Assembly (NCBI RefSeq): GCF_030144855.1
Contig: NC_082735.1
Location: 20,956,001-21,020,000 of the forward strand
From: Hypanus sabinus
Taxonomy: Eukaryota
DNA length: 64,000 nucleotides
Direction of reading: 5' to 3'
The first letter of the stretch is position 1. Each line of letters begins with the position of its first letter. This document shows, piece by piece, positions 13,056 through 26,136 of this stretch. The notes below the pieces were generated by a model. That model saw nothing but the letters and a program-made list of their open reading frames with translations, did no database searches and was not told where the DNA came from. Both the position numbers and the translations under genes were made by a program.

Positions 13056-13360
13056 GTGTGATAGCACATCTTTGCTACAGCTACCCGAAAAAGCTGGACA
13101 GCCGCAAATAGACTCAGAAGTCGACATGCAAAAACAGTGCAAGCACTACACCAATGGGACGCCTGACAAGTTCCAGCTTGCCCCTGTGGTTGCCAACCCA
13201 GGATGTCCTCTGCCTGGTCCAAACATGCCCTCTCACCAAGATCCAAGATGGCTTTGCTGCGGTCCACCGATGGGGCCATGAGCTGGCGGATTGGCTTGAT
13301 ACAAAACAATTGGAACTGTGAAGAGAAAAACACCTGCCATAAGAAACAACAACAACAACA
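13056..13360 (+). mobile_element. LINE 3' end resembling the Ingi/Vingi C-terminus, (AAC)n tail
   Basis: From 13083: RKSWTAANRLRSRHAKTVQALHQWDA*QVPACPCG, then shifted LVQTCPLTKIQDGFAAVH. Confidence 0.6.
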
Positions 13361-14324
13361 CAAAGGTTTGAATTTTTCTTTTAATGTCTGGCAAGTCGAA
13401 TGCAGATCCCTAGAATCTTGTCAACAGCATTCCTTGTTTTAAGGCATAGCTCAATCCTTTGCAATAAGCAGAATAATACTTCATTGGTTTTGGTAAGATT
13501 ATACATATTTTTAATTCATTCTGAGCAGAGACATAACATATATTGTTGGAGCTTGGGTTATGAACCTTTTATTGCATTGGTAGCACATGGAAGTAGTTTT
13601 CTCTTCCAAATGAGACTGGGAATAACCAATGATTCTCTACCAGCTGCTTTTGTACTCTTTGGACTGAATTAATGGTGATATTCACTTTCTGTCGGTTCTA
13701 ACCAATCTGTTTCTTTATATATTAACTCTATGTAAAGCTATATTGATCTTAAGGTGTTGTGTACATCAAGCATTTTATTGTGTCCATCACTGGGATTATT
13801 TTATAATATCGTATTACTCATAATGCAAAAACTGGGGCATTGCACCCAATTTCAATATCAGGTGAAACCTGGTGTCAGAAGTACAGTTCCTTACAGCAGA
13901 ATATAAGTTAATTGCTGATCATTTCCTAGTATCAGAGACAACTTCTTGTGCACGGTGAAAATAGTAGTTCCACATTAAGTAGTGTTTGTCTGTTTATCCA
14001 CCATATCTGTATAGCATTGTATGAAATCGGTAGCCTTTCAGCAAATTGATTCAGTTGTACATTCCTGAATTCAGTGGAGTCAGTATCATCAATAACTGGG
14101 ATAACCACAAGCATTTTATATAGGTATACTGTATCAACAATATATGCAGTCTGCAAGAGTTTGACCATTTGGTAGTCATCTCTCTGGAACCTATATGAAT
14201 GTCCTAAATATCATTTAGACATTAAATTTCCAGTGATGTATATTGGGTTCCTTACATGAGATCGATTCATTGTTGATTTCACAGATGAGCCATAATTTTT
14301 ATGCACTGATTGAATTTCACAATA

Positions 14325-15111
14325 CAGTGGATTCCAGTCAATTGGGACAGCTGCTTATTTGGGACAACTCTTAAAGAACAAAACAAATCAAGAAAATTGT
14401 CGGATTCCCTTTTGCTTATTTGGGACATTATCCCACTTAATTGGGATGGGAGACTGTTTCAAACTAGCATCAGTCATGTGAATTTGTGTAGCCATTAGAC
14501 ACAGCACTTAAGACACACACATTAGGTGGAAAGTTTTAAAATAATATCAGTTGCACGTGCTTGTGTTCAAAAAGTAGTGATTTTGTCACTAATAGTTGGT
14601 GAGAAATAATAGCTGGCGAGCAGTAAGTCATCTTAGAACTCATTTGCCTACTGCGGTTTTAAGTATTCAGGCTTGGAGATTCCAGGAGCGAAAATGAAAT
14701 GATTCCACTCCTTCAAGTTAGGAACTACAAAGAATTTGAAGGCATCAACAATCATCTTGAATGTTACAATGAAAGTGAAGATTTGGTGGATGAGAACATT
14801 GAAAGCAATGGTTGAAGACAGTTCACTATCTGTAATAGGTGATGTGCTGATTTTATTCATTTACAGCCAATCCAAAAAATGCAGTATTCTCCATCAAGAG
14901 CTATTAGGAACTAATATACACCTTTATAGTACTGTAGTAGTACTAATGGTGTTCTAATTTATTCTAATTTCACTTAGATACATAATTTGTTACTCAGTTA
15001 AATGGTAGTTTGTCCTTTTTATACCATTTTAACTACTTACATGAAACTTTGGATAATTGAGGTCCAAAATGTACTGGTCCCAATTTGTCCCGATTAAACT
15101 GGAATGCACTA
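14325..15111 (+). mobile_element. Tigger/pogo-like DNA transposon deletion derivative
   Basis: TA|cagtggattccagtcaattgggaca ... tgtcccgattaaactggaatgcacta imperfect ~25-bp TIRs; internal remnant resembling a pogo transposase C-terminus (VIFVTNSW...AYCGFK). Confidence 0.8.
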
Positions 15112-15178
15112 CATTGGAGTTCTTTTGTAGAACGTTCAGATGTTATTGAATAACTGTTATACTGTTTACCTTTTCCAG

Positions 15179-15352
15179 CTCTTTCATGTGGTCACCCTGG
15201 TAATCCAGTGAATGGAGTAACTCATGGAACTCAGTTTAACCTGAATGATGTGGTTAGATTTACCTGTAACGCAGGGTACTTACTGCATGGATCTGTTAGC
15301 TCCCAGTGCCAATCTAATGGGCAGTGGAGCAATTCCTTTCCTGCATGTAAAG
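15179..15352 (+). CDS. csmd2: CSMD2-like internal exon 4, Sushi domain, 174 nt (missed by ORF track)
   Basis: ccttttccAG|CT...AAA G|GTacaa; (P)LSCGHPGNPVNGVTHGTQFNLNDVVRFTCNAGYLLHGSVSSQCQSNGQWSNSFPACK. Confidence 0.94.
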
Positions 15353-15443
15353 GTACAAGCTCTTAACTACAAAGCAGTTGCAAAGATTTTAGCATGCAGA
15401 AAAATGCTCCATAGAGTTTGAATATATCTTTGTTTTCTTGTAG

Positions 15444-15632
15444 TTGTTAACTGTTCAGATCCTGCGCATGTAGAAAATGGAATTCGCCGAGTACAGTTGA
15501 ACATTGCCCAGAGATTTAGTTATGGCAGTACGGTCTCATATGAGTGCAATGCTGGATACTACCTGCTGGGATCAGATGTGCTGACATGTCAAGGTGATGG
15601 CTCCTGGGACAAGTCACTCCCAAAATGCCTCT
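15444..15632 (+). CDS. csmd2: CSMD2-like internal exon 5, Sushi domain, 189 nt (missed by ORF track)
   Basis: ttttcttgtAG|TT...CTC T|GTaagt; (V)VNCSDPAHVENGIRRVQLNIAQRFSYGSTVSYECNAGYYLLGSDVLTCQGDGSWDKSLPKCL. Confidence 0.94.
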
Positions 15633-15837
15633 GTAAGTGAACTTGCCACCTTTGAATGAATGTATTATTCTGCAAAAGAGAATAATTTAATCCTATTGTG
15701 TAGTTTGTTTCAGTAGAAATTAATAATAAATTCAGGTATTGATGTCATTTCATTGAGCATTAAAGAAATAAAATTGTAAATTCAATTGTTAACTGACCTA
15801 GTCAGACATACAGTGTGCTCAGAATATAAGAATTTCC

Positions 15838-16092
15838 ATTTAGAAAGGAGTTGAAGAATTTCTTTCACCAGAGGATGGTGAATCAGTGAAAGTTATTGGC
15901 ACAGATGGCTGTGGAGGTCAAGTCATTGGGTATATTTAAAGTGGAAGCTGATAGGTACTTAATTAGTATGGGGGTTAAAGGCCCAAAGCAGAAAAAAAGG
16001 CGCTAAGAGGGAAATAAATCTGTGATCATTTGGTGAAGAAGAGTTGATGGGCCAAATAGCCCAATTTTACTTCTGTGTCCTATGGTCTGATG
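15838..16092 (+). mobile_element. CR1 LINE 3' end
   Basis: tttctttcaccagaggatggtgaatcagtg...gatgggccaaatagcccaattttacttctgtgtcctatggtct. Confidence 0.7.
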
Positions 16093-16601
16093 GAATGCTG
16101 TGGGGAGCAAGTTAAAATGTTAATCTGATCACTCAGTGGAATTTATTGAATGCATTTCTACTTAATGACCTGAAGAATCTCTATAATTCACAAGAGGAAA
16201 GTCAAAAATGAAATGATTTTTCTTTCAGTCGACAAAACGTGAAAATACAAGAGATGCCGGGCATCAATCAGTTTCAGCTATTGTATTTTGAGGATTTAAA
16301 ATACGAAGCAAGGCACGTCCTTTTTAATGATAGGGCTCAGATCCAGTCCACTTTTGGTGACAGGAGAGGAGTACTTTCAAGCAGTGATTGTACTATTAGT
16401 GACAAGTGACTGACAACTGAGCTAAAAGGGTTTAATTGTTGCTCTAATGCTGTTATTATGGTCAACCCTGAAAGAACAATAGTCATCCATTTCCCAAAGG
16501 GAAGGCTGATACTGCTGATTCTAGCTTCCCCATTTTTTCATTTAGCCATGTCAGTGCAGTCACTGTCAGTCATACAGTGTAATGACGGAGAGCACTGGCA
16601 A

Positions 16602-18240
16602 TTTGGTCATTGGAATTGGCATTGGCGTATTATTGTCCTGTAGTAAAAAGATTGTTTTGCATACCGTTTACAGACCAGATCACTATACAGTGCATTAAGC
16701 TAGAATAAAGTAAAACAGTAACACTGCAGAATATAAGTGTAAAAGAATGGAGTCAACAAGGAAGTACAAGATGATAATGATTGAGAAACCAAGAGTCCAT
16801 TTATCATACTCGAGTTCCAATCAAGACTCAAGATAATAGTGGGTTAGAAGCTGTCCTTGAGCCTAGTGTTTTATGCATCTTCTACTTGATGAAAGAGGGT
16901 AGAAGAGCGAACGTATGAGGTGGGTAGAGTTTTTGATTATGCTATCGGCTTTACTGATGCAGCGAGAAATATAGACAGATTCTAAAGAGGGGAGTCTGGT
17001 TCCTGTGATGTACTGATCTGTGTTCACAACTCTCTGCAATTTTTTGTGATCACACCGTGATCACTTCCTGGGCCAGGGGGCCTCTTCTTTTTTGCCAAGC
17101 TCAGCTTTCTAAACACAGCAGCAGACATTTGTGGAGATCAAAGAGTTGATTTTGAATAAGATAGACTTCCAAGTAATATTCTATGCTTAGCTGCTGGTCA
17201 TAGACAGGAGCCAGTCTTCAGCTTTTAATGTTGCTTGAAGTTGAAAGGACCACTTTGCAAACAGAGGCATTCTCTACAGAAAGTAGAATCTTGGATCACA
17301 GCAGCTAGACTGAATTCTCAAGAGGTGTACTTTAAGACAACAGAGATGCTAATTTGTCATGTTTCAAAACAGACAATGCTGGCTAAGTTATTTAGTTCAA
17401 AGAAGCCAGTAGGCCAGGTGAATGATATCATTTAGCACAGCAAATGGCTGATGTGGTAATAAATTGAAAGGATTGTGTACTCACAGAGTCAGCTTTGCAG
17501 CGTTAATTGTGAGAGTCAGGAAACTGTGTCTCCAAGAAGCTTTTAGACCGTGTGTGTTGAAAGGGTATATAAGGAAATAACATATAAACGTGTAGTCATC
17601 CAAATGGGAAAGAAACAAGATGAATGTAAAGATCAGTCTAGGCTTTTTTGGAACAGTTAAGGAACATCAAGAAGAATGACAGAAATCAGAAGAAGAAGAA
17701 TCCTCTGGTTTCAATTTCTGTGATAGATGATTCATTCATCTGCATCTTTAGTATGTCTTTTTAGCTTATAGGAATTGTAGTTGTGTTTTGAAAATCCTTT
17801 GTGTTTTAGAAATGGTTTGTAATTTGGATGTCTTTTATAAGATTGAAATCCTCTGCGGGTTTTTAATGTTTGTTTGGATTTAAACGTGTATCACTGAAAA
17901 TAAGTGGACTGTGTTTGAATAGCTTTGTTACCTGGAAGCATCTTCTCCATGATAGGGAAGGGGGACCCACCACTCTAATAGTGGGTATAGACAGTTAAAC
18001 TTGCCATGGGGAATAAACAGGGAAGTGAACTAGTCTTTGAAGATTTGATTGTTACAGTATTACCTCCATTTAGTGAGGGGACCCATGGCTATTTATATCG
18101 GATAGGGCTTAAGATCTCCATTTGAGTTTAAAACTTTGCATTCAGCAAACCCAATACCATCACAACATGCAGAGCAGTTGCTTTATCAAGCTGTTATGCA
18201 TCCTGACAGAATGCTTACTATGGGGAATCAATAAAACTTA
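16602..18240 (-). mobile_element. Rex1/Babar 3' fragment interrupted by a solo LTR
   Basis: agaagctgtccttgagcct...acaactctctgcaatt resumes after 18168 as gcagagcagttgctttatcaagctgttatgcatcctgacagaatgct. Confidence 0.7.
17056..18164 (+). mobile_element. Probable solo LTR (~1.1 kb)
   Basis: Termini (C)GTGAT...ATCACA; flanks acac/acat (17052-55, 18165-68); removal restores the host LINE; TATATAA at 17566-17572. Confidence 0.6.
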
Positions 18241-18867
18241 TTACAATCACAAATCCCAGCCCACTCTGATTGCTGTTCTGAGCATACCTTGATCATTGTA
18301 TGACTGAAATAAAACCTTATACTGTTGTTACTGAGTACAAGTTGCTATGGAAACTGCCACTGGAGCATTGCTCCTGGAATTTTCTGACAATTATGGTTGC
18401 TAGCAAACGTTTGTAGTTGGTATGTTACCTTACACACATGAATCAACTTCTGTAAATTATTTGAAATAAGTTTTTATCTGACTCTGTTAGGTAATGTACT
18501 TTGCCAGTGTGTGTCATATTGTAAACATTTACTGGACAGTCTTTGGTGGCAATGAGGTACACACAGTCGTTGAGTGAAACTCACCCTCCAGGACAAGGGA
18601 ATATCTTAGTTCATTATCCATTGCACAGACCTTGTTGTCTTCTGTTCTACAACTGAATGAAATGGCAGCAATTATCTCCAAATCCATGGGTTATAAGGGA
18701 AGATCTGCATTGCGGCTTACCTTTAAAAATTTAATGACAGATGGTCAAAAGTGATAATTTTCTTGGAGACTCTCTTCGGCTGTTCATCAAATTGTCCAAT
18801 GGTGTCATCACGTAATGGACACCAAAGAGATTATGCATCCTATGAACCAGTCGTGTTTAACAAAAAT

Positions 18868-19125
18868 TGGTAGTAGAGCAGCTGTCTCACAGCCTCAGAC
18901 ACATGTTCCATTTTGATCTCAGGTATTGTCTATTGATGTTTTCCTTGTGACCCCATGGATAATTTTCAGGTACTCCATTCCCTCCCCCCACATTATGTGG
19001 CTTGTTAAGTTAACTGACCATTAATAAACGTCATTTGTTTGAAGGTGAATTTTAGAGTCTCCAGGATGATGGGAATGCGTAGCTTAATAGAAACTGCTGC
19101 TTAATTGTAGCCATAATCTCTGTAG
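18868..19125 (+). mobile_element. HE1/V-SINE-like SINE (degenerate)
   Basis: agagcagctgtctcacagcctcagac...tgtgaccccatgg...caggtactccattccctccc. Confidence 0.55.
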
Positions 19126-19308
19126 ATACTATATCACTCTATAACACTAACAACCAAAAACAATTATCTTTTGAAGCCACTCAGTGGTCATAACAGATTA
19201 TTTAAATAATACATAAATTTAAATAATTGTGACCATATCCATAACAGCCACCATTCATTTCTTTGTAAATATCTTTGGGTATTTACCCCAGTACACTGTA
19301 TATGCTGA

Positions 19309-19560
19309 GTTCAAGGTCAAAGATTCAAAGTACATTTATTATGAAAGTAGATATGTAGTATACAACCCTGAAATTCATCTTCCCCACAGACAATGATGAA
19401 ACAAAGAAAAACCATGGAACTAGCCCTTTCAAAGAAAATCATAAAATATCAACCACCCCCCCCCCCCCCAACTGCACATCACACACAAAAAATATCACAC
19501 AACAAAACAAATAGCAAAGACACAGAATATAAAACACAAAATCGAAAGGGATAGTTCAGG
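19309..19560 (-). mobile_element. Non-autonomous retroposon with Rex1-like (TTTGAAC) tail; relatives at ~33327-34130, 48670-48790, 57086-57640, 58222-58830
   Basis: Shared ttcaaagtacatttattat...tacaacc(c/t)tgaaattcatctt 3' end in all five loci. Confidence 0.65.
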
Positions 19561-19750
19561 TCATCACTTTGTAAATACATGAAAAATGTTGGATATTTGA
19601 ATTAGATCAGACATTTTCTACAGAGAAAGACATGAATTTGACATGGTTCATTGACCATTTTTCAGGACAGGAAAGCATCATGGATGTACTAGGCTTTTAC
19701 TAAGTACAGCTACAGGGGAGAAAGTTGAAGAAGGAAGCTCTGTGATCTTC

Positions 19751-19816
19751 TACTGTTTATTTCCCTCCACAGACACTGCCTGACTTGCTGAGCTCCTGCA
19801 GCATTTGATAGTGTTG
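19751..19816 (+). mobile_element. Penelope terminal-repeat fragment lacking the hammerhead core
   Basis: actgtttatttccctccacagacactgcctgacttgctgagctcctgcagcattt. Confidence 0.7.
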
Positions 19817-19904
19817 TTCTTTGTGCTGGAGGAGGGAAGGGTAATTCATTTCAAAAACCTGACATTGCAAGGTAAAAGAGGAGGGATACTAAGATTGGTA
19901 AAGA

Positions 19905-20400
19905 AACAAATCATATCAAGTTAAATTATCATTCAACCACACATGGATACAGGCAAATGAAACAGAGTGGTTCTGGGGCCAAGGTGCAAAACATTGACAG
20001 CACACTCAAAATAGTGAGCAAGAAAAGAAACATAATCACACAAAAGAATAACACTTATAGCCCAAACCCCTGAGCGACATGTCCTACAGATTGATGATAC
20101 AATTCCCAGAAATCCAGCCTGTCATTCCACTGATCAAGCACTGGAGGGCAGCACCAATGGGAGAGACCAGCACCTAACTGGTCACAGACGCCACACAGCA
20201 CAGCCTCCGGCATCTCCTCACTTGGACTGCAGCAGCAGACAAGCCCGTGGCTGGAGGCTTAGTCCTCGCTGCGACCGAGGCTATGCAGCTCCCACACCAC
20301 CTGTCCATCCACTAAACAAGGGAAGCAGGGATGTGGTATCTTTCATTGTCAATGTCCGACAGGGTTTTGGAGTCACCAGGGAAACATCCAAGACAACCAC
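19905..20400 (-). mobile_element. Unclassified non-coding retroposon, paralog of 62668-63482
   Basis: Both share ggccaaggtgcaaaacatt, cctgagcgaca, aatccagcctgtcattcc, ggagggcagcac. Confidence 0.7.
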
Positions 20401-21208
20401 CTGAAGCATTTTGTTTTACAGTAACTTATGCCTCTCTCTATTTCATTACCAGCACAATATATGGCCTGGAGGCAGAATGCATTGGTCTAATTTGTAAATA
20501 TGGGGCCCTGCAGTCTCTGCTTCCTTACCTTTCCTTACCTGTAGTCGCAACTTGGTCCCTTAAGCCAGTAAGTCCGACAGAACATTAGGTTTTCCTGCTG
20601 AAGTGTATGCCACCTTTAGTAGACCCAACACATCAAATTATACCATGACTCAAAATTAGCAAAACTCCTTTCAAAATACTTTATACACCTTTGATTTAAC
20701 GAACACTATGAAAGTGTTAAATTTAAACACAAGTCTAATATTTTAAGAATATAATAGTTAACAAACAGTAAAAAATACTTAAAGTGATAGAAGACATTTC
20801 AGTATGATTACATTGAGAATTAGATGCAACAGTTAATTTAATGAAAAATCCCAAAAAAAAACACCTCAGGAGAGGTTCGTTCCACGAGAGTGAATTATGT
20901 TGTTTAATCTGTGCCATGTTCAAGTTCAGCTGGGAAACAGGAGCAAAATCAGAGTGTGGTTGGAAAGGCAGCAAAATCTTTGCAACATCCGTCTTCACGC
21001 GCCTTGTCCTCAGAAGTGAATGGGAATCCCGGAGTTATACAGCATGGGGCTTCGCCCTTTGGCTCAGCACGTCATTGCTAACCAACGTGCCTTCCTAAGC
21101 TCATCCCATTTGTCGGCATCAGGCCTATACCCTTCTGAAACTTTCCCATCCAGATTGTCAGTTACCATAATTGTCAACTCTTTTTTGTCTAATCGTGATC
21201 CATTTTAA

Positions 21209-21520
<312 letters not shown>

Positions 21521-21760
21521 TAAATTTGACACAATGTTCATAAACTCCTCTATTGATGCATGAGCTATCTGGCATAAAGTAGGTTTTGCATTCATATCTT
21601 GTGTAGGTAGTCATTGACGTAAGCTCTATTGCACCCTAAAGGACAAACAGCTATCGTGTTGATGCAGCCCAACTACAACCATACTGATTGCTTGAGCAGT
21701 CACTTGTAACCAAGGCCTGAGGCCTCTGTGGCAAGTTAATGGCAGGTGCATTCTCATGCA

Positions 21761-21956
21761 GCTGGCTGGTAGTATAGTGACATTCACACCAGACTTTGAA
21801 GTGAGTGGTCCCAGGTTCAAATCTGGCTCCTTGCGCGCTTTCCATCCGTGCTGGGTTGAGCGCCGAGCTAGCAGCTCAGCCTCATCAAAAACGGACGAGG
21901 GCTAAAGGAACGGTAAGGTTGCCACCTGACGTGCCGCAGGGCACGGAGAGGAACGA
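21761..21956 (+). mobile_element. tRNA-derived SINE (same family as 11365-11567)
   Basis: A-box-like tggtagtatagtg, B-box ggttcaaatc; CATTCTCA repeated at 21749 and 21957. Confidence 0.85.
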
Positions 21957-22624
21957 CATTCTCACAAAATAGCTGTCTGGCGTTGTCTACTCCTGTTGGC
22001 GGTTGGGAGAGTACTGACGGTGCTCGTTTTTGACTGTGGGTTGTGTGTGGAAGATGTCATTGCTGTGGGTGTGAGCGGTTGGCTTTGCATGATGTTCGGG
22101 GAGGCTGGTGGGTATGATTAAATGCAGGGGAGCTGGCGGTGGGACTGGTGTACCCTGGATGGCCACCAACATAACAATCTGTGATGCCATGTATCAGATG
22201 GAGTGAGGGACTCCTGCAAAGCAGGCGAATCACAAGATACTTTATTGTCCCCAAACAATTGATACTAGAGCGTACAATCATCAAGGTGATATTTGTTTCT
22301 GCGCCTCGCGCTCCCTGAAGTACAAATCGAAGTAAGTATTATAAAAAATTTAAATTATAAATCATAATTAGAAAATAGAAAAAGGAAAATAAGGTAGTGC
22401 AAGTCAGGTCCAGATATTTGGAAGTTTGGAAGAGACCTAGAGTCAGGGCTTTATGCTTTGGCTCTGGGAGGTTTGTAGGTCAAAGAGTAGAGGTCAGACT
22501 AAGAGTAGTTCACCAGTTCTCCAGGTCTGGGGTTCATCCCAGGGCTAAGAACCCTGACTGGTCAAACAGAACTGTTATGGAAATAGTAATGAAGAATCCT
22601 GCTATAGATAAGTGTGTGATCAAA

Positions 22625-22694
22625 GAAAGACAGAGATGGAGGACGTTCATTGCTTTCCTAAGTGGTAGCATTGTAATGGGCAGTAAGTAAGTAA
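22625..22694 (+). mobile_element. RTE LINE extreme 3' end with (TAAG)n tail
   Basis: agacagagatggaggacgttcattgct matches 28728-28756 (RQRWRTFIA). Confidence 0.75.
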
Positions 22695-24897
22695 GGATGA
22701 GTGAGAGAGTATGAGATAGGGGAAGAGGGAGAGAACGTAAAGAGCTGGTTTATATTTTTTAAAAATCACTGCTTGGAGCTTAATCAGCTGTAGGTCTGGT
22801 TGCAAGGGTCCCAAGGTAGAAGAACACTAAAATTGGAAAGGCTGGTGCAGGTGACAGAGAAGCCTTCCTTAGCTGCTCTGGTTAAGTGAAAAAAGAGTGT
22901 GTCTCCATATCAGGAAGTAATGATAAATGAGTAGTATTAATCTTCCCAGAGATAATATCTGATGTATGGAGACTCTGCCTTCTAGAAATAGGAATCAATG
23001 CTGTGCCATATTGATATAATATAGTTCATTCCTATTTATCTGACTGATGCTTAAATTATTAGGAGTGCACCAACATGACAAACTATTTACTTAAATATGG
23101 TAAGAACTGGAAGGGATGTTTTTCAGTGATCGTAAGAGAAACATTAGCCCATGTGAGGATAATGGGCTCACATGAGGACTACCAGCCTCAGGATAATGAC
23201 CCTTCCCTTTGTTTTAACAAGGAGATGGGTAATCGTCCAAGGAACCTCGAGAGTAATGGAGAGATGTGATATTATTATACCTGTACAAGTACCATATTGA
23301 TAGCAGAGGACTTGTGCCTACAGAAGAAAATCAGACCTTAGTGACCTCGTCCCTCTATGATCCATAGCTTCTACATGCCTGCTCTTAACTGCTCTGAAAG
23401 TGGGGTGGGGGGGTGTCTCTCTAGCCGGAAGCATCTTAGATTGTGGGGAGATGCTGGGCTCTGACAGCATGTTAAGAAATCTCTGTGCCAAAATACACTT
23501 GAGAGCTGGCAAAGCCCTCATAAAGCTGCTTGCAGGCTGTACAGTTAAGAGCGATTTGGAATGATGTATTAAACATCCCTGCCTTTGGCTCCTAATCATT
23601 AGCTCAAAAAAACCCAGAAATCAATGGGTTCTCAATTCCCCCACCAGGTCGGACTCTGCAATGATGTGATTACCTGGTGCAAATATTGTAGAGTCTTAGC
23701 AAGGCAGTTGAACACTTTGGGAAGTCAAACAGCCAAGAGATCTGAATAGGTTTTAATATCTTGAATCTGTCCTGGACTTGTTGGGAATTCTGGATTAATG
23801 GCTAAACCCAAGCAATTCCATTTGGCATTAGTGAGCGAGAGATCCGACCCATGGTGAATAAATGTCAGGGACTAGAATAAATCAGAAATTCTGCTCCAGT
23901 GTGAATCTATGAATCTCTCACTCTAACACCAGCAGTGCACAATTGTCCAGACAGCAGAACAAATAAAGACACTATAGCACTAAACATACCCAGAGTAAAT
24001 CATGGAAATATATCTATTAAAAACACAATGCATTCTGCAACAATGCATCAGAAAAATAAAAAAATACTTTGAATGAAGGAAATAAAATCTGAATATTTTG
24101 GCTGTCTTTCCTAATTTATAAACAATCTGCTCTTTATTAACTGAATTGCTTCAGGTATTGCTATAATATATATCATAGTTTAAACGACAAATGTGAATTA
24201 AATTATTTAGTCAGCAAGTGCAGAAGAAGAAAATTATCAACATATATGGCGTGCCTGCACTTATTTTCTTGCTTATAACAATTATTCCTAAGTACCCTGG
24301 AGAGAATACAATCAAAACAAACAAAATACATGAATTTTCCATGAGCTCTGATCACAAATATTAAAATGTATTATCCTGATTTTGTTTTGTAAGTGTTTCA
24401 CCAAGAACAACACAAACTCTTCCAACAAAAAACATATTGTTACTAGTTATTTTTTGTTCTGTTCATGTATTTCAGATTGGGGAAGGGGGAGCTTGACAGA
24501 AGGGCCACCATTTTTAAAATGGAGATGTTCTAATTGCAAGTTTATAATCAGAGAATGGATGGGATATCACATGGTAGAAGCCAATATTAGAATACTGTCT
24601 CTGACTGAAACACAGCAAAAGATATTTGGAGATCTTTAAGTCACTTACATATTCATTACATCAAACTCTTTTATTAAAGATCCTGACAAAATGCAGAAAT
24701 TCATCCTTTCTTCTCTGTGCATACACCATGACATTGTGAATGTATGTACAGTATATCATTCGGCAGAGATTGAATTTCTACCCCAATGGATAAGAATTTT
24801 GACTCTTCAATCTTGGTTCAAATCTAACTCAGTTTCCATTCTATTATGAAGACTTCACAATAGATTTGGACCATTAAAAACCTGCACCCACAATATG

Positions 24898-25490
24898 GTT
24901 AGTTGGTTGCCATTCAGCTGTCTCAAAGGACTATGGGTGATGATGATCATCATCACAAATGTGGGTGGAGGGTATGGAGATCCTGAGATGCTCAGCCATC
25001 AAGATCCCCCTCTCAGCCTCACCAGCATGCATTCCAAAGGAAAGCTTATAAAGCAATATGTTTGGCACCAGCTTGGTTGCAGGAACTGTCAGAAGGATGG
25101 TCAATGACTTCCAGCCACCTTAGGGGCTCCAATCCGGATTTGCTGTCTGGGTTTACCTCCATAGCCTGCGCCTCTTCCGAGGCTGCCCACAGGCAGTGTG
25201 GCTATTTACCCGTCCCTGGGGATCAGCTTCATGAGCTCTCGGGTGTGACCACACACTGATGGGCTTGCGTGCTGTGTGTGAAGGAGCCAGACCTCTAATC
25301 TGTAGTTGGGCCTGAGTCCGAAAGGAGTTCCGTTTCTGTGTGTCACCAGTAATGAGGCACGGCATGAGGCTTGCCGTTGGAGAGGCTATGTGCTGACAAG
25401 AAGAGACTTACACATACAGCTCTCCTTTTCGTGAGGCTGCTCACCAGCTGTGGAAGCTGAAAGTGAGAGCGACAAGCACGACCCACTACA
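24898..25490 (-). mobile_element. Probable bipartite non-autonomous RTE derivative (5' UTR joined to 3' end)
   Basis: On -: ggctatggaggtaaacccagacagcaaatccggattggagcccctaaggtgg (recalled RTE 5' UTR-like) and terminal cccatagtcctttgagacagctgaatgg; no ORF. Confidence 0.5.
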
Positions 25491-26136
25491 AAACAAAACC
25501 AGACGCGTCATAGCAACGATTTTGACACCAAAATATATGGTGCAAAATAATACCTTTGATTAATCTCGAATTCCTCCTGCATATTTCCTTGTAAGAAATA
25601 AACAGGAATGACAATTCCTGGGTCAAGGGACAAAGTTATGTTACTGGTAGTGTGAAAGGAGTTTTAACTTGTCTCTTGGGAATTCAAACTGAGTGCTTAA
25701 TGTTCCTAATATCATTGGAATAGTAATTTTAGTTGAGGACAAATTCTATTCTCAAACAGGTCTGTACCAGAATTACTTTGGAGTAATTATTAATTAGTGT
25801 AGATTTTAAACAGTATAAAGAATAGAGACAGAATATATACACAAAATTAATAACTTATGGGAAAAGCGTTTTGAAGGAAATTTTGGTTCCCTGCACGGTT
25901 TATTTAATGATATTTGTTTTAAACAGCTGGGCATAATGACTCCAGAAGTGCAATCTTTAACATTCCGATACCAAAAGATAAAGAGATTTTTAGCATTTTT
26001 CATGAACTCAAGAACCATCAGAAAAGTACAGAGTAAAGAGTTGCAGTTCCGACTCTTTGCAAACCTGCCTACCCGTTACTAGAAATTCAGAGGAAGCTGC
26101 TGAGCCAATAGAGTGACAGAACTAATGGAGCAACGT

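Noticed and set aside
21761-21830. tRNA genes at the A/B-box motifs (also ~11500, 27170, 33055, 54910)
   Set aside because: No complete cloverleaf; each continues into a shared SINE body
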